Shown here in pieces: positions 31,108-44,481 of a DNA stretch of 64,000 bases. The first letter of the stretch is position 1. The number at the start of each line of letters is the position of its first letter. The DNA is from Blastocystis sp. Blastoise (Eukaryota; Protista; Bigyra: Opalinata): contig JBBPEB010000004.1 of the NCBI GenBank assembly GCA_039096225.1, positions 806,001 through 870,000 of the forward strand. Reading direction: 5' to 3'. The position numbers were made by a program, and so were the translations under genes. Below the pieces are notes generated by a model. That model was given only the letters and a program-made list of their open reading frames with translations, had not been told where the DNA came from and ran no database searches.

Positions 31108-34100
31108 TTACATAGAAAATACTTTAATACATAAAATAGTTAAGATAATCAATACTGTTCCTAATAAGAGAAGTATTTCAATATGATAATGTTTATTCTG
31201 GGATTCAATAGTAACCTCAGTCTGTGATAATCTTATGAGAATATCATCTAATGTTCTTACAGGAATTTTATCTATAAAAAATATATATTCTATAAATTTT
31301 ACGAGTTATATTATTATAAATAATAAAATGAATAATGATATGTAATAATGATATAAATAATAATATAAATAATAATATAAATAATAATAATATTAATAAA
31401 ATATATGTAAATATTATGAAATAATTATATATTTACAGTTATCATGTAAAGGTATTGAAAGTGAAGAATATATATCTCTACATTTCGTGAGCCATTTCTG
31501 ACATATATCCTTCACTTCATTTTCTATTGTCTTTTCTATCTATATAAATAATAATAAAATTGAAAATAAAATAGTCATAAAAATTATATATATATATATG
31601 TCATAAAAATAATACTTTATTCGAAAGTAGAACTTGTTTTAACCAATGAACATGAGTAAATATAGTTATATCCAATTGACTATGATAAATCAATATTATA
31701 ATTATAATTATTTTATAAATACTCATGATGATCTTCTAGTATCCATAAAGTTAGAACGTGAAATGAAGTTGAATATATAAATCCTTGTATACTATAATCA
31801 ATAAATAAACAAGCCGATTTATTTGTTTTCGATATGATATAATAATGTGATTGATGGACAGTAACTAGAATATAATATAATATAAGAATAATAAATATAC
31901 ATATAATAAATAATAAATAAATAATAAAAAATAAATATAATAAATTTTAAATAAATAATAAAACATAAATTAAAAAAAGCCCATAATAAACGTATATATA
32001 TATTTGTATTTAAATACCATTAAGTGTTTTACCAAGAATATAAAGTTGGTGATTAAATGTGATAGTTCGAGTATGAGAAAATGGAACTAATGAATAAATC
32101 TATAGAATATATATAATATATATAAAAACAAAACAAAGACATAAGAAATAAAATTATAATATATTATATATTGTATATATATATATTAATAAATAATACT
32201 CTAAAAGGAGACATAGAATCAGCAATAGACTGAAATTGGGAGAAGTCGTTTATAACTTCCCAAGGACCTATTTGTATATCTTTGTCACCTGCATCCAATA
32301 ATAATTGTATATAGAAATCAGAATTCTCAATAAATTTTGTAAAAAAATCAGAAACACTATATAATATAATATATATATATAGATTTAAAAGAATATTTTA
32401 TATACTTTGTTTGAAGAGAAGTTGACACAATTTTCAGCATAGAGTCACTTTCTCTGAATACATTTGTATACTATAAAAACAAGTGAATTATATATATATA
32501 TATAAGAATAAAACATATAATAATTATTAGATATCCATAATAATAATGAATACCCATTCTTCTGGTTCTTCTTCAATAGAAACACTGTTATTCACTGACT
32601 CTATAGATTCATGATCCTCATAAAAAGAGGGACTACTTAACGGATGTTCTTGATTGATTAGAGTTGTAATATCAAATTGTTTCTTTTCTATTGAATAGAA
32701 TATATAGAATAATATATAAAAGAATAATATTATTTATATACCAGAAATACAATTATACCATAATAACTTTAATAGTTCACAACAACGTGTACAGTGTTTG
32801 ATATTTGTAAATAATAATGATTTAGATCCAACTTTTATCTATATAAGAAATATATATACAATATAGTCTTTTAAAAGAAATAATAAGGTGACTTAGTATA
32901 TACAATAATAGTTCCTTTCTTATTATTTCCTTTTGTATCCACTTTAATTGTTTGAATATCTAACCAATGAATAAGTATATTTTCATGAGAATCTGATTCT
33001 TTCTTGGATACAAATGTAAAATAATCATTTGTTACTTCTATATATCCCTATATATAGAATAGAGAATATATTATTTTTTTATAATAATTATAAATAGGAA
33101 ATATAGATAGATATTACAAATATAGTAATATAATATACCATAATAATCTTATCATTGATCATATATCTACATAAAACTCTCATTAATACAATTTCTTGAT
33201 CAATTCCCCAACGAGATTTAAAACTATCGTCAAAACGAGAAGTAGATACTGAATCCATATCTGTATATCGATCCTATATATATATATATATATATAATTC
33301 TAAAAATAAGAATTATATAATAATTTTATACATATTAATAATTCTATATATATACATAATTCTTTAAGTACGAAATATATAATTATATATATATAAATAT
33401 GAATAATTCTACATATATATACATGTAAAATGACCCATCCTTCTTTTTCTTCAAGAGCCTCTTCACGTTTCTTATCTTCATTTGCTATAGAAACATATAT
33501 ATTAATAATACTTATTTTTTTTCAATTATAAATGTATATATAATTATATACATATACTATTCATGATGAATTCTAACTTCTTTGATGTCCTCCTTTTCTC
33601 GTCCTCATTTATTTCCTATGTATATAAATATATATATAATATAGATAGAAATATAAAAATATAATTATATACATCTTGTGCTTTTAAATTTGTATTTGAA
33701 TTCAAACTATTCAAATTTATGTTTACTATAAGAAAATATATTATATATGAAAATTAATATAGAAATTTTAGAAATTATATACATGAATTTTGTTGTAATA
33801 AAGACGATTTATTATTATTTTGATTGATATCATCATTATTATTCGAATTATAAATTGTGTCAGTATCTGTTGTATTTATATTTTTGGTCTTCTTCAAAGG
33901 ATATAAATAATGAGATAATTGAGTTACTTTCTTTCTCCATCCTTGTTTTGGAAGTTGATGATTCTTTGTTTGAGTTGATTTCTCTGTATTTATGTGATTT
34001 TCTGTTTGAGATTGTACAGAATTTATTGCATGCTCATTAGAAGATGTAGTAGTAGTAGAAGAAGAAGGAGTTATTATTGGTTGAGGAGTTACTATGATGT

Positions 34101-36627
34101 TTTTCTTTATAGGAAGAGGAGGAGGAGGAAGAGGTTTACCTTTTGAGATAAGAGGTGAACTTTGTATGTTTCTATTTGAGTTATTATTAAGTGTTTGTTC
34201 TTTAGATTGTTGAATAGTATTTCTATCCATATGTTCATTATCATTAGAAATCTGAGTAATTGGATCAATGGACATATCGTTTGAGTCATTTGTAATAGAA
34301 TAAAACTGGTCACTAGTTGTCTTATTTAATGATAAATTATGATGAAGAGAAGTTTCCTTATTATCTACTTGTATATCATGATTAGTTTCCTTATTATCTA
34401 CTTGTATATTCTGATTAGCTTCCTTATTATCTACTTGTATATTATGATTAGCTTCCTTATTATCTACTTGTATATTCTGATCAGCTTCCTTATTATTTAT
34501 TTGTATATTATGATTAGATTCCTTATTATTCTGTGTTATTTGTCTTTTATATGATGGTATAGAAGAAGAGAGAGACATAGTTTGTTGAGATATAAGAGGA
34601 TAAGGTGGAGTCATTAATAACGGAGAAGGAGATACTCTTTCTTCATCAATTGGTGTAGAAGGATTAAAAGCTGATTCCATATTCAATGATGCTGAAATAG
34701 GTTGTTTTTCTAGTAATTGAGATTGATGTATTTGTTGTTCATTGTATACTATAGTATCTTTATTTAGTAAAGGAATAGACATAATTGAATGTGTAGATAT
34801 ATTGTCAGTATCATTTAAATACGTATTCTTATTTATATCATCTCCAGAATGTTCAGAAACAGTTTGAAATAGTATTTCACCACCTTCTTGATCATGAATA
34901 TCTTTAGTATGTAGAAGTTGCTGAGAATCAATAGATATATTATTATATACTGTTTGTATAGATTGTTCAGTGTTCTTTAAGTTATATGAAGAAGCAGGTA
35001 TCATTTCTTTCAGTTGTTTATATTGATGTTGATTTTTAAATGATTTCTTTGAATTTATTATAAGTTCATGTTTTGTATCTTTTTTCTGATATGGAAAATG
35101 ATGTTTATATTTTCTTTGTAGTACTTGAGAGAATGAAGTAGTTTGTGAATTATGTCTTGGAATGGAATTATCATGAATATTTTTATTTTTTAATACTGAA
35201 GATATAGGATTAGAAGAAGATAAAGAAGAATAATTCGATATACATGAATTTATTATAGAAGAATCATTTTGTGAATCTAGAGTTTCAGATTTTTTAGTAG
35301 ATCCTTTTAAAAACTTTTTATTCGATATATTTTCATCATTTGGAGATAGTGTAGAAGTATGAAGAATATTTGATTGAATTGACGAATTATTCTGGTTATT
35401 TACTACTGTTGTATTATTTGATTGAATTGAAGAATTATTCTGTTTATTTACTACTGTTGTATTATTTGATTGAATAGAAGAATTATTCTGGTTATTTACT
35501 ACTGTTGTATTATTTGATTGAATTGAAGAATTATTCTGTTTATTTACTACTGTATTATTTGATTGAATTGAAGATACTGAATCTATTGCATCAGTAGTAT
35601 TTGATAAGGTTGTAGATATATTTTGTGTATTGTTTAATGTTTTATTTATTGATGGTTTAATATGTAGAGATGAAGAAGAAGAAGGAGGAGGAGGAGGATT
35701 ACGAGATTTTCCTTTGGAATTCTTTATATCAATTGATTCAAAACTTTTATGTTTGTTCTCTAAAACAGAAGAAAAAGATAAATTTTTCTTTTTTTCAGAA
35801 TGATTCAGTGAATATTTCGTTACATTCAGAGGGTTGATGGAATCATTTTCCTCAATATCATTATATGTATTCGTAAATATAGTTGATATTGATTTGTCAG
35901 GAGCCAAGTTCTTTGGCTCTTTCATTGTTTCTTTTTTTGATAATAAAGAATCATCTTTTAGTTTATAGAAAGGGTTATTTTGCAATTCATTCATTTCATC
36001 GTCGATTTCATCATCAATATCTTCATCTTCATCTTTTGAATCTTTATCAATGATATCTAAATCATTCATAAGTTTAGAATAAGAAAGATGAGCACTTTCA
36101 TTATAATGATCACTTTCAGAATCTTCTTTATATCCATCAGAATTTACAGATTTACATTGATTTTCCATATTATTCGAAGATAGAGATTCTCTTAAAATAT
36201 AAGAATCATCTTCTGGACTATATACAAGTTCCAAATGAGTAATTGCAGCGTCGTGATGACTTGTATAATATTTTGATACAGAGGATTCTGAATTTTTGGG
36301 GTTCGATTCAGTGATGTCACTTTCCTATAAAAAAATAAACATAAAATAACTTTAGTTTGGATTATTTTAAACATTTTCATTTATATGATTTAAATGTTAA
36401 CGATAATAATTTATAGTATAAGCAATAAATATTAATGTTTACGTTTAATATAGAATAGATACGGCTGTGCCATTCTGAGATAGATTAACTAGATCATCAG
36501 ATTCATTCACATTCGTTTTGCTTAGTTTCCGATTACATGTTAACTTCTCGTTATTTGCTATTTGACTATCCTCTTGCTTCATTTGATTATTTGTAATGAC
36601 ATCGTTTGGTGGAGAAATACCGTTCAT
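31108..36627 (-). CDS. GRAM + VASt (StART-like) lipid/sterol-transfer protein (LAM/Aster-like) with long S/N-rich N-terminus and C-terminal TM helix
   Basis: ATG at 36627 spliced into ORF 33775-36234. Later exons give GYIEVTNDYFTFVS..ILIHWLDIQTIK (GRAM-like) and GDKDIQIGPWE..TRTITFNH..QGFIYSTSFHVLTLWILE..IFTHVHWLK..IEKTIENEVKD (VASt-like). Terminal ILLLLGTVLIILTILCIKVFSM-TAA. Confidence 0.72.
34355..34530 (-). repeat. 33-bp coding tandem repeat (NKEANHNIQVD-like, ~5.5 copies)
   Basis: Repeated ttccttattatctacttgtat on + strand. Confidence 0.88.
35372..35575 (-). repeat. 48-bp coding tandem repeat (SSIQSNNTTVVN[NK]QNN, ~4.3 copies)
   Basis: Visible in the DNA and in ORF 33775-36234. Confidence 0.88.
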
Positions 36628-37014
36628 TTTTTTCGTTTTAGATGGGAAATATAGTTTGTATGTTTTAAGTAGCAAATAATAAATATGTTTAGAGTATGCA
36701 TCTTAAGAATATAAGTGATAAAAAAGGATCTATTAAAAAATCCTTAAAAAATCTTCACTATAAAAGAAACTAGATAGAATGATTGAATATAAGGTTGTTT
36801 AATTAATGAGAATATGCACTCAAGTACTGAGTTCTATATGAATAAATATAGCCACTCTTTTGTGCGTAAAAGCAATAAATGATTTGATTATGTATGAAAT
36901 GAGAACAAAAGAATCAATAGGTTAACTAGATAATAGTTTAGTATCCCAAATTACTATTATAAAGACATAAAGAATATGAGAAATAAGAAAAATGTAAGAA
37001 AAAATATATATATA

Positions 37015-37167
37015 AAGTACCTGTACCAGAGTGACCTCCTGTACCAAAGTGACCCGTTTTTGTTTTGTTTCCATATTTACGGGAAAAAATATTTTTTCAC
37101 TGTATTTAATAAGATAAACATGTAAATAACATTTTTTCAATAAAAATAGTCTTTTTTCTGTTTAAAA
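37015..37167 (+). repeat. Left TIR with two internal 17-bp direct repeats CCTGTACCA[GA]AGTGACC (putative transposase-binding sites)
   Basis: aagta-cctgtaccagagtgacc-t-cctgtaccaaagtgacc; mirrored at the right end. Confidence 0.92.
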
Positions 37168-37231
37168 AAGGTTTTTAAGAACAGAAATAGTATAATTTTT
37201 AAAATTTTCACAAGGAAAAAACGGAAAATAT

Positions 37232-37256
37232 ATTCTAGAACTTTCTAGAATATTCT
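37232..37256. promoter_or_regulatory. Perfect 5-unit heat-shock-element-like array (nTTCnnGAAnnTTCnnGAAnnTTCn)
   Basis: a-TTC-ta-GAA-ct-TTC-ta-GAA-ta-TTC-t, about 110 bp upstream of the transposase ATG. Confidence 0.6.
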
Positions 37257-37363
37257 TTTTGTATTCAGTTAAAACGAATACTAACTGGCTTTATCTAATT
37301 GTTTTCATATTTTATTCATAATTATTTTATTATTGTTTTTTTTTTAAATAAATTAATTATACG

Positions 37364-38791
37364 ATGAATATGGAAAATATATCCGAAAATGATAATACTA
37401 CTAGTATTCCCCTTCCTGATCTTGATATTCTTGATTCTAATTTAACCCTAAATCAAGTTCTGAATCATCCTGAAGTTGAGAAAGAAAGAAGTCCTAGAAA
37501 GAAGTCCTGTGCTATAAGAAAAGTGTTTAATGGAAAGAATGGTATGAAGAAATTATCCTTATCTAGTATTAGTGCTATCACTAAAGTGTCTCCGTCTACA
37601 ATAAAACGTTCTGAAAAGAAACTGAATGAAGATGTATCACTTAATAATCGTGGTAATCAACATGTTCTTAATGAAAATGAAGAAGTAGAAATAATAGAAT
37701 GGATTAAGTCACAAATTAATGTGAATAACTGTCCTTCGAAGAATGAAATAGCTGAAGAAATACGTAAGAGATCAATTGAAAGGTGTCGAAACGGTATTGG
37801 CTGTATGATTACTGTATCAGAAGGGTATGTAAGGAAGCTGCTTAAAAAGAATAATATTCTATTGAAAAGACCACTAACAAATTATGAAGAAAAAGCTAGA
37901 CCAACAAAGAAAGATGCGAAGATACTGTATAGGAATATTCATTATGTAATAAATAAAAGAAAAATCAAAACTTCTCTTATATTCAACATGGATGAGTCAT
38001 GGGTTACTCCTGGTGATAAAAGATCAAGAGTTACTGTTGCAGTTGATAATGATCATTTACCAATAACAAAGCAAGGTACTAGTGTTACTCATACAACACT
38101 AATTGATTGTATTTGTGCTGATGGTACTGCAGTTCCTTCCTCTTATGTTGTTGATCGAGATACTTATAATATTAAAGAAATAGATAAGCAAAATCTGTCC
38201 TATATAAAAGTATGGTCTGCTAAGTCTGGATGGATAAATGCACATGTGTTATACTCATGGATTCAAGATGTTTTTCTTCCATATGTTAATAAAAAGAGAA
38301 AAGATATGAATCTTGATAGTACTAATGATTATTGTCTACTTATTCTTGATGCTCATACAACACGTAATGATACTGATTTTCTTAGTTTATGTGAGAATAA
38401 CCGTATTGATGTAATTGTACTTCCAAAAAATACTACTAGTGTCTTTCAACCGCTTGATTTAGTTATATACAATGTATATAAATCAAAATTTAGAAGATAT
38501 TATAAAACAACAAATAGATATTCGTTATTAGCAGCATCTGAGGATGCTTTTAGTGAAGCTTTTACAAGAAGAAATATTTTAAGTGCATGGCAAGCTTCGA
38601 GACTTCTTATTGATGATGAGAATGAGTTTATCAAGGATTTTGATGATCGTCCCCGTAGTAAAGTAACTAGAAAATCATCTAAAGTGTCAAATAAAATCTT
38701 AACTAATATCAATAGAGAAATGATGGAGGATGAATTTAGTGATAAACTTGATAATACTGTTTCAGAAGATGAAATAATAGTTAATGAATAA
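37364..38791 (+). CDS. pogo-family transposase (HTH + CENP-B-type HTH + DDE_1), DD35D triad, intronless
   Basis: IFNMDESW; LLILDAHTTR, 35 residues, then QPLD; SGWIN motif; VLNENEEVEIIEWI (CENP-B HTH-like). Confidence 0.95.
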   Translation: MNMENISENDNTTSIPLPDLDILDSNLTLNQVLNHPEVEKERSPRKKSCAIRKVFNGKNGMKKLSLSSISAITKVSPSTIKRSEKKLNEDVSLNNRGNQHVLNENEEVEIIEWIKSQINVNNCPSKNEIAEEIRKRSIERCRNGIGCMITVSEGYVRKLLKKNNILLKRPLTNYEEKARPTKKDAKILYRNIHYVINKRKIKTSLIFNMDESWVTPGDKRSRVTVAVDNDHLPITKQGTSVTHTTLIDCICADGTAVPSSYVVDRDTYNIKEIDKQNLSYIKVWSAKSGWINAHVLYSWIQDVFLPYVNKKRKDMNLDSTNDYCLLILDAHTTRNDTDFLSLCENNRIDVIVLPKNTTSVFQPLDLVIYNVYKSKFRRYYKTTNRYSLLAASEDAFSEAFTRRNILSAWQASRLLIDDENEFIKDFDDRPRSKVTRKSSKVSNKILTNINREMMEDEFSDKLDNTVSEDEIIVNE

Positions 38792-38904
38792 AGATATTCC
38801 TTTCTATATATATATTTTTTATTTTTTTTTATATAATATATCATATATATACTTATTTTTTTATAATTGTTATTAATTTATGTCAAAAAAAATTTCTTGT
38901 TTTG

Positions 38905-39058
38905 TTTTAAACAGAAAAAAGACTATTTTTATTGAAAAAATGTTATTTACATGTTTATCTTTATTAAATACAGTGAAAAAATATTTTTTCCCGTAAATAT
39001 GGAAACAAAACAAAAACGGGTCACTTTGGTACAGGAGGTCACTCTGGTACAGGTACTT
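38905..39058 (-). repeat. Right TIR of the pogo-like element
   Basis: Reverse complement of 37015-37167. Confidence 0.92.
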
Positions 39059-39313
39059 TATATACTTATTGGATGAAGAGAAGATAAATAAAAAGGAATA
39101 ATAATGTTAATATGTTTTTATAAAAAAAAATAAATTTATATATATAACTAAAAATATATATTAATAAAAAAAAAGAGGCTTTTCATGTAATTAAAGCCAA
39201 ATGAATACAAAAAAGAAAATATATTTATATAAAAGTAACATAGAGAAAACATATATTAATAAATATAAACAAGAATATATATATTATATTCTTTTAAAAA
39301 AATATAACAAGAT

Positions 39314-41833
39314 TTACAAATGATATTTGTAATGAACAACTTGTCTATAAGCATATTCAATTAATTCTCTTAAATATAAGAAGTCCACAGTAAAATCTTG
39401 ATAATGAACAGCGAGCCAGCAAGCCTTATATTTGGCTGGAATTAGAGTGACATCGGGACTAGGACAAGCAGCAGGAAGAGGAATAGAGAAATTGTTATGA
39501 ATAATCTATATAATAAGGAAAGAATAAAATATAAAATAAGAATATTGATATTCAATAATAAGAGAGTACGAAATATATATAACTTGATAATGTTAATAAA
39601 AATAAAAGATAGATATATAGTATTGTATATATACAGGAATAAGTTTAGCAGCAGTACAAAGAACATGATACCAGTTATCTCTGAAATAAGGAGGTCTTAA
39701 TTCAATAACAGCTGAATGAGGTAACATAAAAACAATAGTAGCCATAGCAGCGCCATGTACAGCTATCATAATATCAGTTTCCATTGTCATTTGAACTTGA
39801 GTTTCCATTGGGTAAGAATCAATAAGTTCTTCTTTATAAGAATATAAATACTATATATAGATAGCAAATAGTTTTGCAATAAATATATTAAATATAATAA
39901 ATATAATAAATATAATAAATATAATAAATATAATAAATATAATAAATATAATAAATATAATAATATAATAAATATAATAAATATAATAAATATAATATAT
40001 ATAATATATATAATAAATATAATAATATAATAAATATAATAAATATAATAAATATAATAAATATAATAAATATAATAAATATAAATAGAATAATAATATA
40101 TACAGGTCTTCTTGCAATAGCATTTTTGATATCATAAGAATTCAATAGTTGTCTACCTTTACTCTTAGGGTTACGTTTTAAGAATAAGACATTTAATCTT
40201 GCTCTAGGAATCAAACGACTTTGAGGACGTAAATTATAATACTTATAAGCATAAGCTCTGAATAAATCAGATTCAAATAATTGATAGAAATAACCACCAG
40301 CTCCATGATGTCCTATATGACCACTTACACCCTATATATATACATATATAATAATATAATGATTCTATATAATATATTTATATAGAAATATTAACATATA
40401 GAAATATAATAAAATATAATTATAAAGTTTCTATATATATATATATATACAAGGTAATCAAAGCAAACTCTATTGTCTACTGTCATACCTAGCATGCTTT
40501 CCTTACCGTAGAAGGTGATATTATGATCAGGAGAAGCAGAACTCATTAACATCTGAGACAGTACCTTATTAAACTTAATTTCTCGAGCCATCTGGAAATT
40601 AGGCATAAATAAAGCATCCATCTATATTATATAATTATAATTATTACATTTATTACTATTAATCAAATAATAAAAATATGAGCAAAATTACATAAATAAT
40701 AAATTACATAAATAATAAATTACATAAATAATAAATAATAATATATATACGGGTGGATACCAGTCAGGATGTGCATTACGATGATTGACCCAGAATATAT
40801 TTTGACTGAAATGACTCGTATGTCTAGTCCATCCAGGAATAATCATCCAAGCATTCATACCTATATTCATTTGATAAGACTCGGGAAGAGGACTCTCAAA
40901 TTCATCATATACCCATAAATGTTGGAAACCTATAGATATAATATATATATATAATTATGATTAAATAAAAATATATAAATATAAAATTACATAATAATAA
41001 TAAAAAAAAAATAAATAATAATATACCTAATATTCTTTTAGGAACAAAAGGAGTTGAAGTTTTTCTATAGAGTTCTATATGTTGTGTTTTCATATTATAA
41101 CAAGCATTTTTAAAATAGCCCCAATTTAATCCATCAGTCTCATTAAAATATACTTTAGAATAACTGTGATCTGTTAAGTTATTACTATAGAATATTTAAT
41201 TAATTATATATATATATATATATAGAATATTTATGATTATTATAAATTATATACCCTCTCCATCCTTTAATAACGCACTTAGGAATAGTACCACTATAAT
41301 GTATTTAAATATATATATATATATAATTATTTATACTGATATCTATTGAAAACACATTTCTGTTGAGCTTCGGCCTGAGCAAACCTAATATAAAAAGCAA
41401 ATAGTAATTATATATTCATTGATTATACAATAAAAAAAAAATAAAAGTAAAAAGAAAAAGCATACCAATCATTCTTACTGAAATCGATTCCTTGTACACA
41501 CGCATCATATCTTTTTCTTCCTTCTCTGTAAAGAGGATCATTAGCATTAATATCAGCAATTATAGGTAATTCTCCACTACTTCTTTTACTCATATCAAAA
41601 GCAGGTGCAAGTTCGGTAGGAATATCATCGGATTGATTTTCTGTATGAGTCACATTTTCGACAATAGGTGACATAATTCTAAAACTAGTGGATGCCATGC
41701 TAGAAGTAGCTTCAATTCGTGAGCATTGTTGTTGTTTGTAAGGACCATTGAGGAAATTGTTTGTGTTGACAAATATGATAAATAATACTACACCCGTGTA
41801 GAAAATAACATCTCTCATAGTTCTCATATCCAT
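39314..41833 (-). CDS. Glycosyltransferase family 61 (DUF563/EOGT-like) type II membrane protein, multi-exon
   Basis: N-terminal TM ([14 protein letters not shown]); [10 protein letters not shown]; [20 protein letters not shown]; [36 protein letters not shown] (GT61 HGA motif); last exon ends YKYHL-TAA at 39314. Confidence 0.88.
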
Positions 41834-42480
41834 TATCGATCTTTAAATAATATCTAACTTCAATAAGACTAGTTATCCTGATGAATGAATAAAATTTTCG
41901 TTTTTTCTGTTATATTTTTGTTTTCAACGATTTTTCATGATTATTTCTATGAATTATTATTAATTCCCACGTTTATTCGAATACACATTTTTCTTTTTTT
42001 TATCTGCATATAATAAATTACATATAAGTTCATTATAACGTTAAGAAGAATTTTCTATAAGTATACAATGAATGCATATAATAGTAACTCCGTTGAGTAA
42101 AAAAATTCGGAACAGGAATGATCCATTTATATAAAAAAGTAATTATGCTTTATTTGGTGTATTTTTAAAAAGTAGATATTATGAGTTTAAGATATATTGT
42201 GGAAAATACATTAAAAAAATGAAAGAAGAAGCCATAAGAGAAAGGAAACATTAATATTTTATAGATAAAAACATTTTAAAAAAATAGATAAAATATAAAG
42301 AACCATGAGCATAGAATAAAAATGAGAATATGTATGAATTGCAGAGAATTATACGAAAAATAAAAAGAAAAAAGTGAAAGAATAAAATGAATAAGGAATA
42401 ATAAAGTAATGTTTATTGACATAAACTCGTTTAAAAAAAAGATAAAAAATTATATCAAACCTACTATTTTAAAAGAAAGC

Positions 42481-43203
42481 TCACAGATCTGTAGATTTTG
42501 ATGTTGAAGAAGGAGATGTTTTGCCTGAATGTTTAATAATTCTTCGAATAATAGATATAGCATCATGATTATAAGGAGATCCAAACATATTTGCATGATT
42601 GAGTACATGATATAATAAATAAATATCTTCACGATCTTCAAAATCTTTATCTAATGGCCATACAGAATTATAGCCATCGTAGAACTCTTTAGTAAAACCA
42701 CCAAATAACTATATATATAATTGTTGTTATAAAATAATGATTCTATATATAGTTAATTTATATATATGTTATTATTATTAAAATAATTATAATAATAACA
42801 CTGATTATTTACATATCTATATTAAATAAATGAGTCATAGCAATATCAGTTTCTCTATCTCCATAATACACAGCAGGGTCAAATATAGCAGGAGTACCAT
42901 CGCTTAAAATATCTTTATTCCCAGACCATAAATCACTAAGAAAAAGTATAGTATAATAGTGATATATATATTCTTTGAACTATCAAAATATCATTTTTTT
43001 TAATATATATATATATATATACCCATGTAATAAAGATGGAGGTGGTTTATGATTCTTTAATAATTCCTTTACTATATCTAAAAAGCTATCAATATCAATC
43101 TATATATATAATATAATATATATATAATGTATATATTAATTTTTAAATTAAAAAATAAAAAATAAAAAATAAATAATAATAAAAATATATAATAAAAATA
43201 TAT

Positions 43204-43285
<82 letters not shown>

Positions 43286-43429
43286 CTTAAAAATATATAT
43301 TTACACTATTTGAATGAATATGATTAAACTTCGCGAATTCAAATTGTGGTTTTAGTCTTCTTTCTATAAAGAAATCAGACCAATCTTTATACCATCCATT
43401 AAATTGAGGAGTCAAACCAATGAAATTAT

Positions 43430-43472
<43 letters not shown>

Positions 43473-44109
43473 AAAATCAATATAAATATAATAAAAATCA
43501 ATATAAATATTATAATTGTTCCTTTAATATATAAAAATAACAACGATATTATTAATATTATAATTATAAAAATAAACATATAATAACTAAATAATATAAA
43601 TATCTACATGTTCATATCCATATAATCCACTATTTGATAAATTTTGATGCATTTTCGCAATTTGAGCACCAAGTTCAAATTCAGTAGTATTAGTTGTTTT
43701 AGTAAAATCAAGGTATTGAAAAAGACCATAAGAATGATTTATATGTTGAATAATACAAATTGGTTTAGGAACAAAGATAGTATGAGTTGATGCAATTTCC
43801 TTTAATCCTTCAAACTCAGCCTATGTTATGAATTTTAAATAATAGTTCAGAAAACATAATCAAGATTTTTGTTTTAAAAAAATGAATATAACAGTTGATT
43901 TCTCATAATGAAATTATAATAAATCAAAATACTATTAAGATGGATTTCTCTGTAATACATTTACAAAAATATTTCTTGCCATTTTGATCAGAAAGAGGGA
44001 AATTGCATGAGACATCAGGAGATATTCCAGAATCACCAATAGTAAGAAAGATTGGTTCACCTATTATTTTACTAGATTCTTCAGACAAAGAGGCAAGTAT
44101 TTGCTGCAT
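42481..44109 (-). CDS. Fructosamine/ketosamine-3-kinase family protein
   Basis: ATG at 44109; [24 protein letters not shown]; [26 protein letters not shown]; PSLLHG|DLWSGN; [18 protein letters not shown]; [12 protein letters not shown]; [15 protein letters not shown]; TGA at 42481. Confidence 0.93.
43206..43283. repeat. Intronic (AAT)n microsatellite
   Basis: Inside a fructosamine kinase intron. Confidence 0.9.
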
Positions 44110-44481
44110 CCAATATTTTAAAAATTCAATGTATTGAAAGATAAATGAAAAAGAAAAAACTAGAGGAAATTCCTTCTCCTTTTTACGGTTCTTGGAAATG
44201 TTTATGACGAGCTTCTCCTTATAGCGTCTCTTTTTATTTCTATTCCAGAGAAAAATCTGTTTTTTAGAGAAAAAAGTCGTTAAAAATCTTGGAGAATTGA
44301 CCTTGAGACTTATGAACACTTCATTCGTCATCCATAGAAATACCAATAAAATATTTGTTCTTTTTAAAATAATAAACTGATTCGAAGTTCATTCTTAACA
44401 TCTTCTTTATAAGTTCTTTTATTTGATAATTTCGATTAGCATATGTAACACAAATACTCATCAATCTCTTTTATGATAATA

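Larger units (their letters stand above)
37015..39058 (+). mobile_element. Full-length pogo/Fot1-type (Tc1-mariner superfamily) DNA transposon, 2,044 bp, TA target duplication
   Basis: TIRs 37015-37167 and 38905-39058 match except for one A indel; flanked by TA at 37013-14 and 39059-60; encloses one intact transposase ORF. Confidence 0.95.

Noticed and set aside
38500-38844. Antisense 114-aa ORF overlapping the transposase 3' end
   Set aside because: No recognisable motifs; likely a shadow of the sense-strand coding sequence
42805-42832. Apparent 5-aa insertion (LFNRY) before LFGGF in the fructosamine kinase
   Set aside because: Explained by an ordinary GT donor after TAT; no evidence for non-canonical splicing without cDNA
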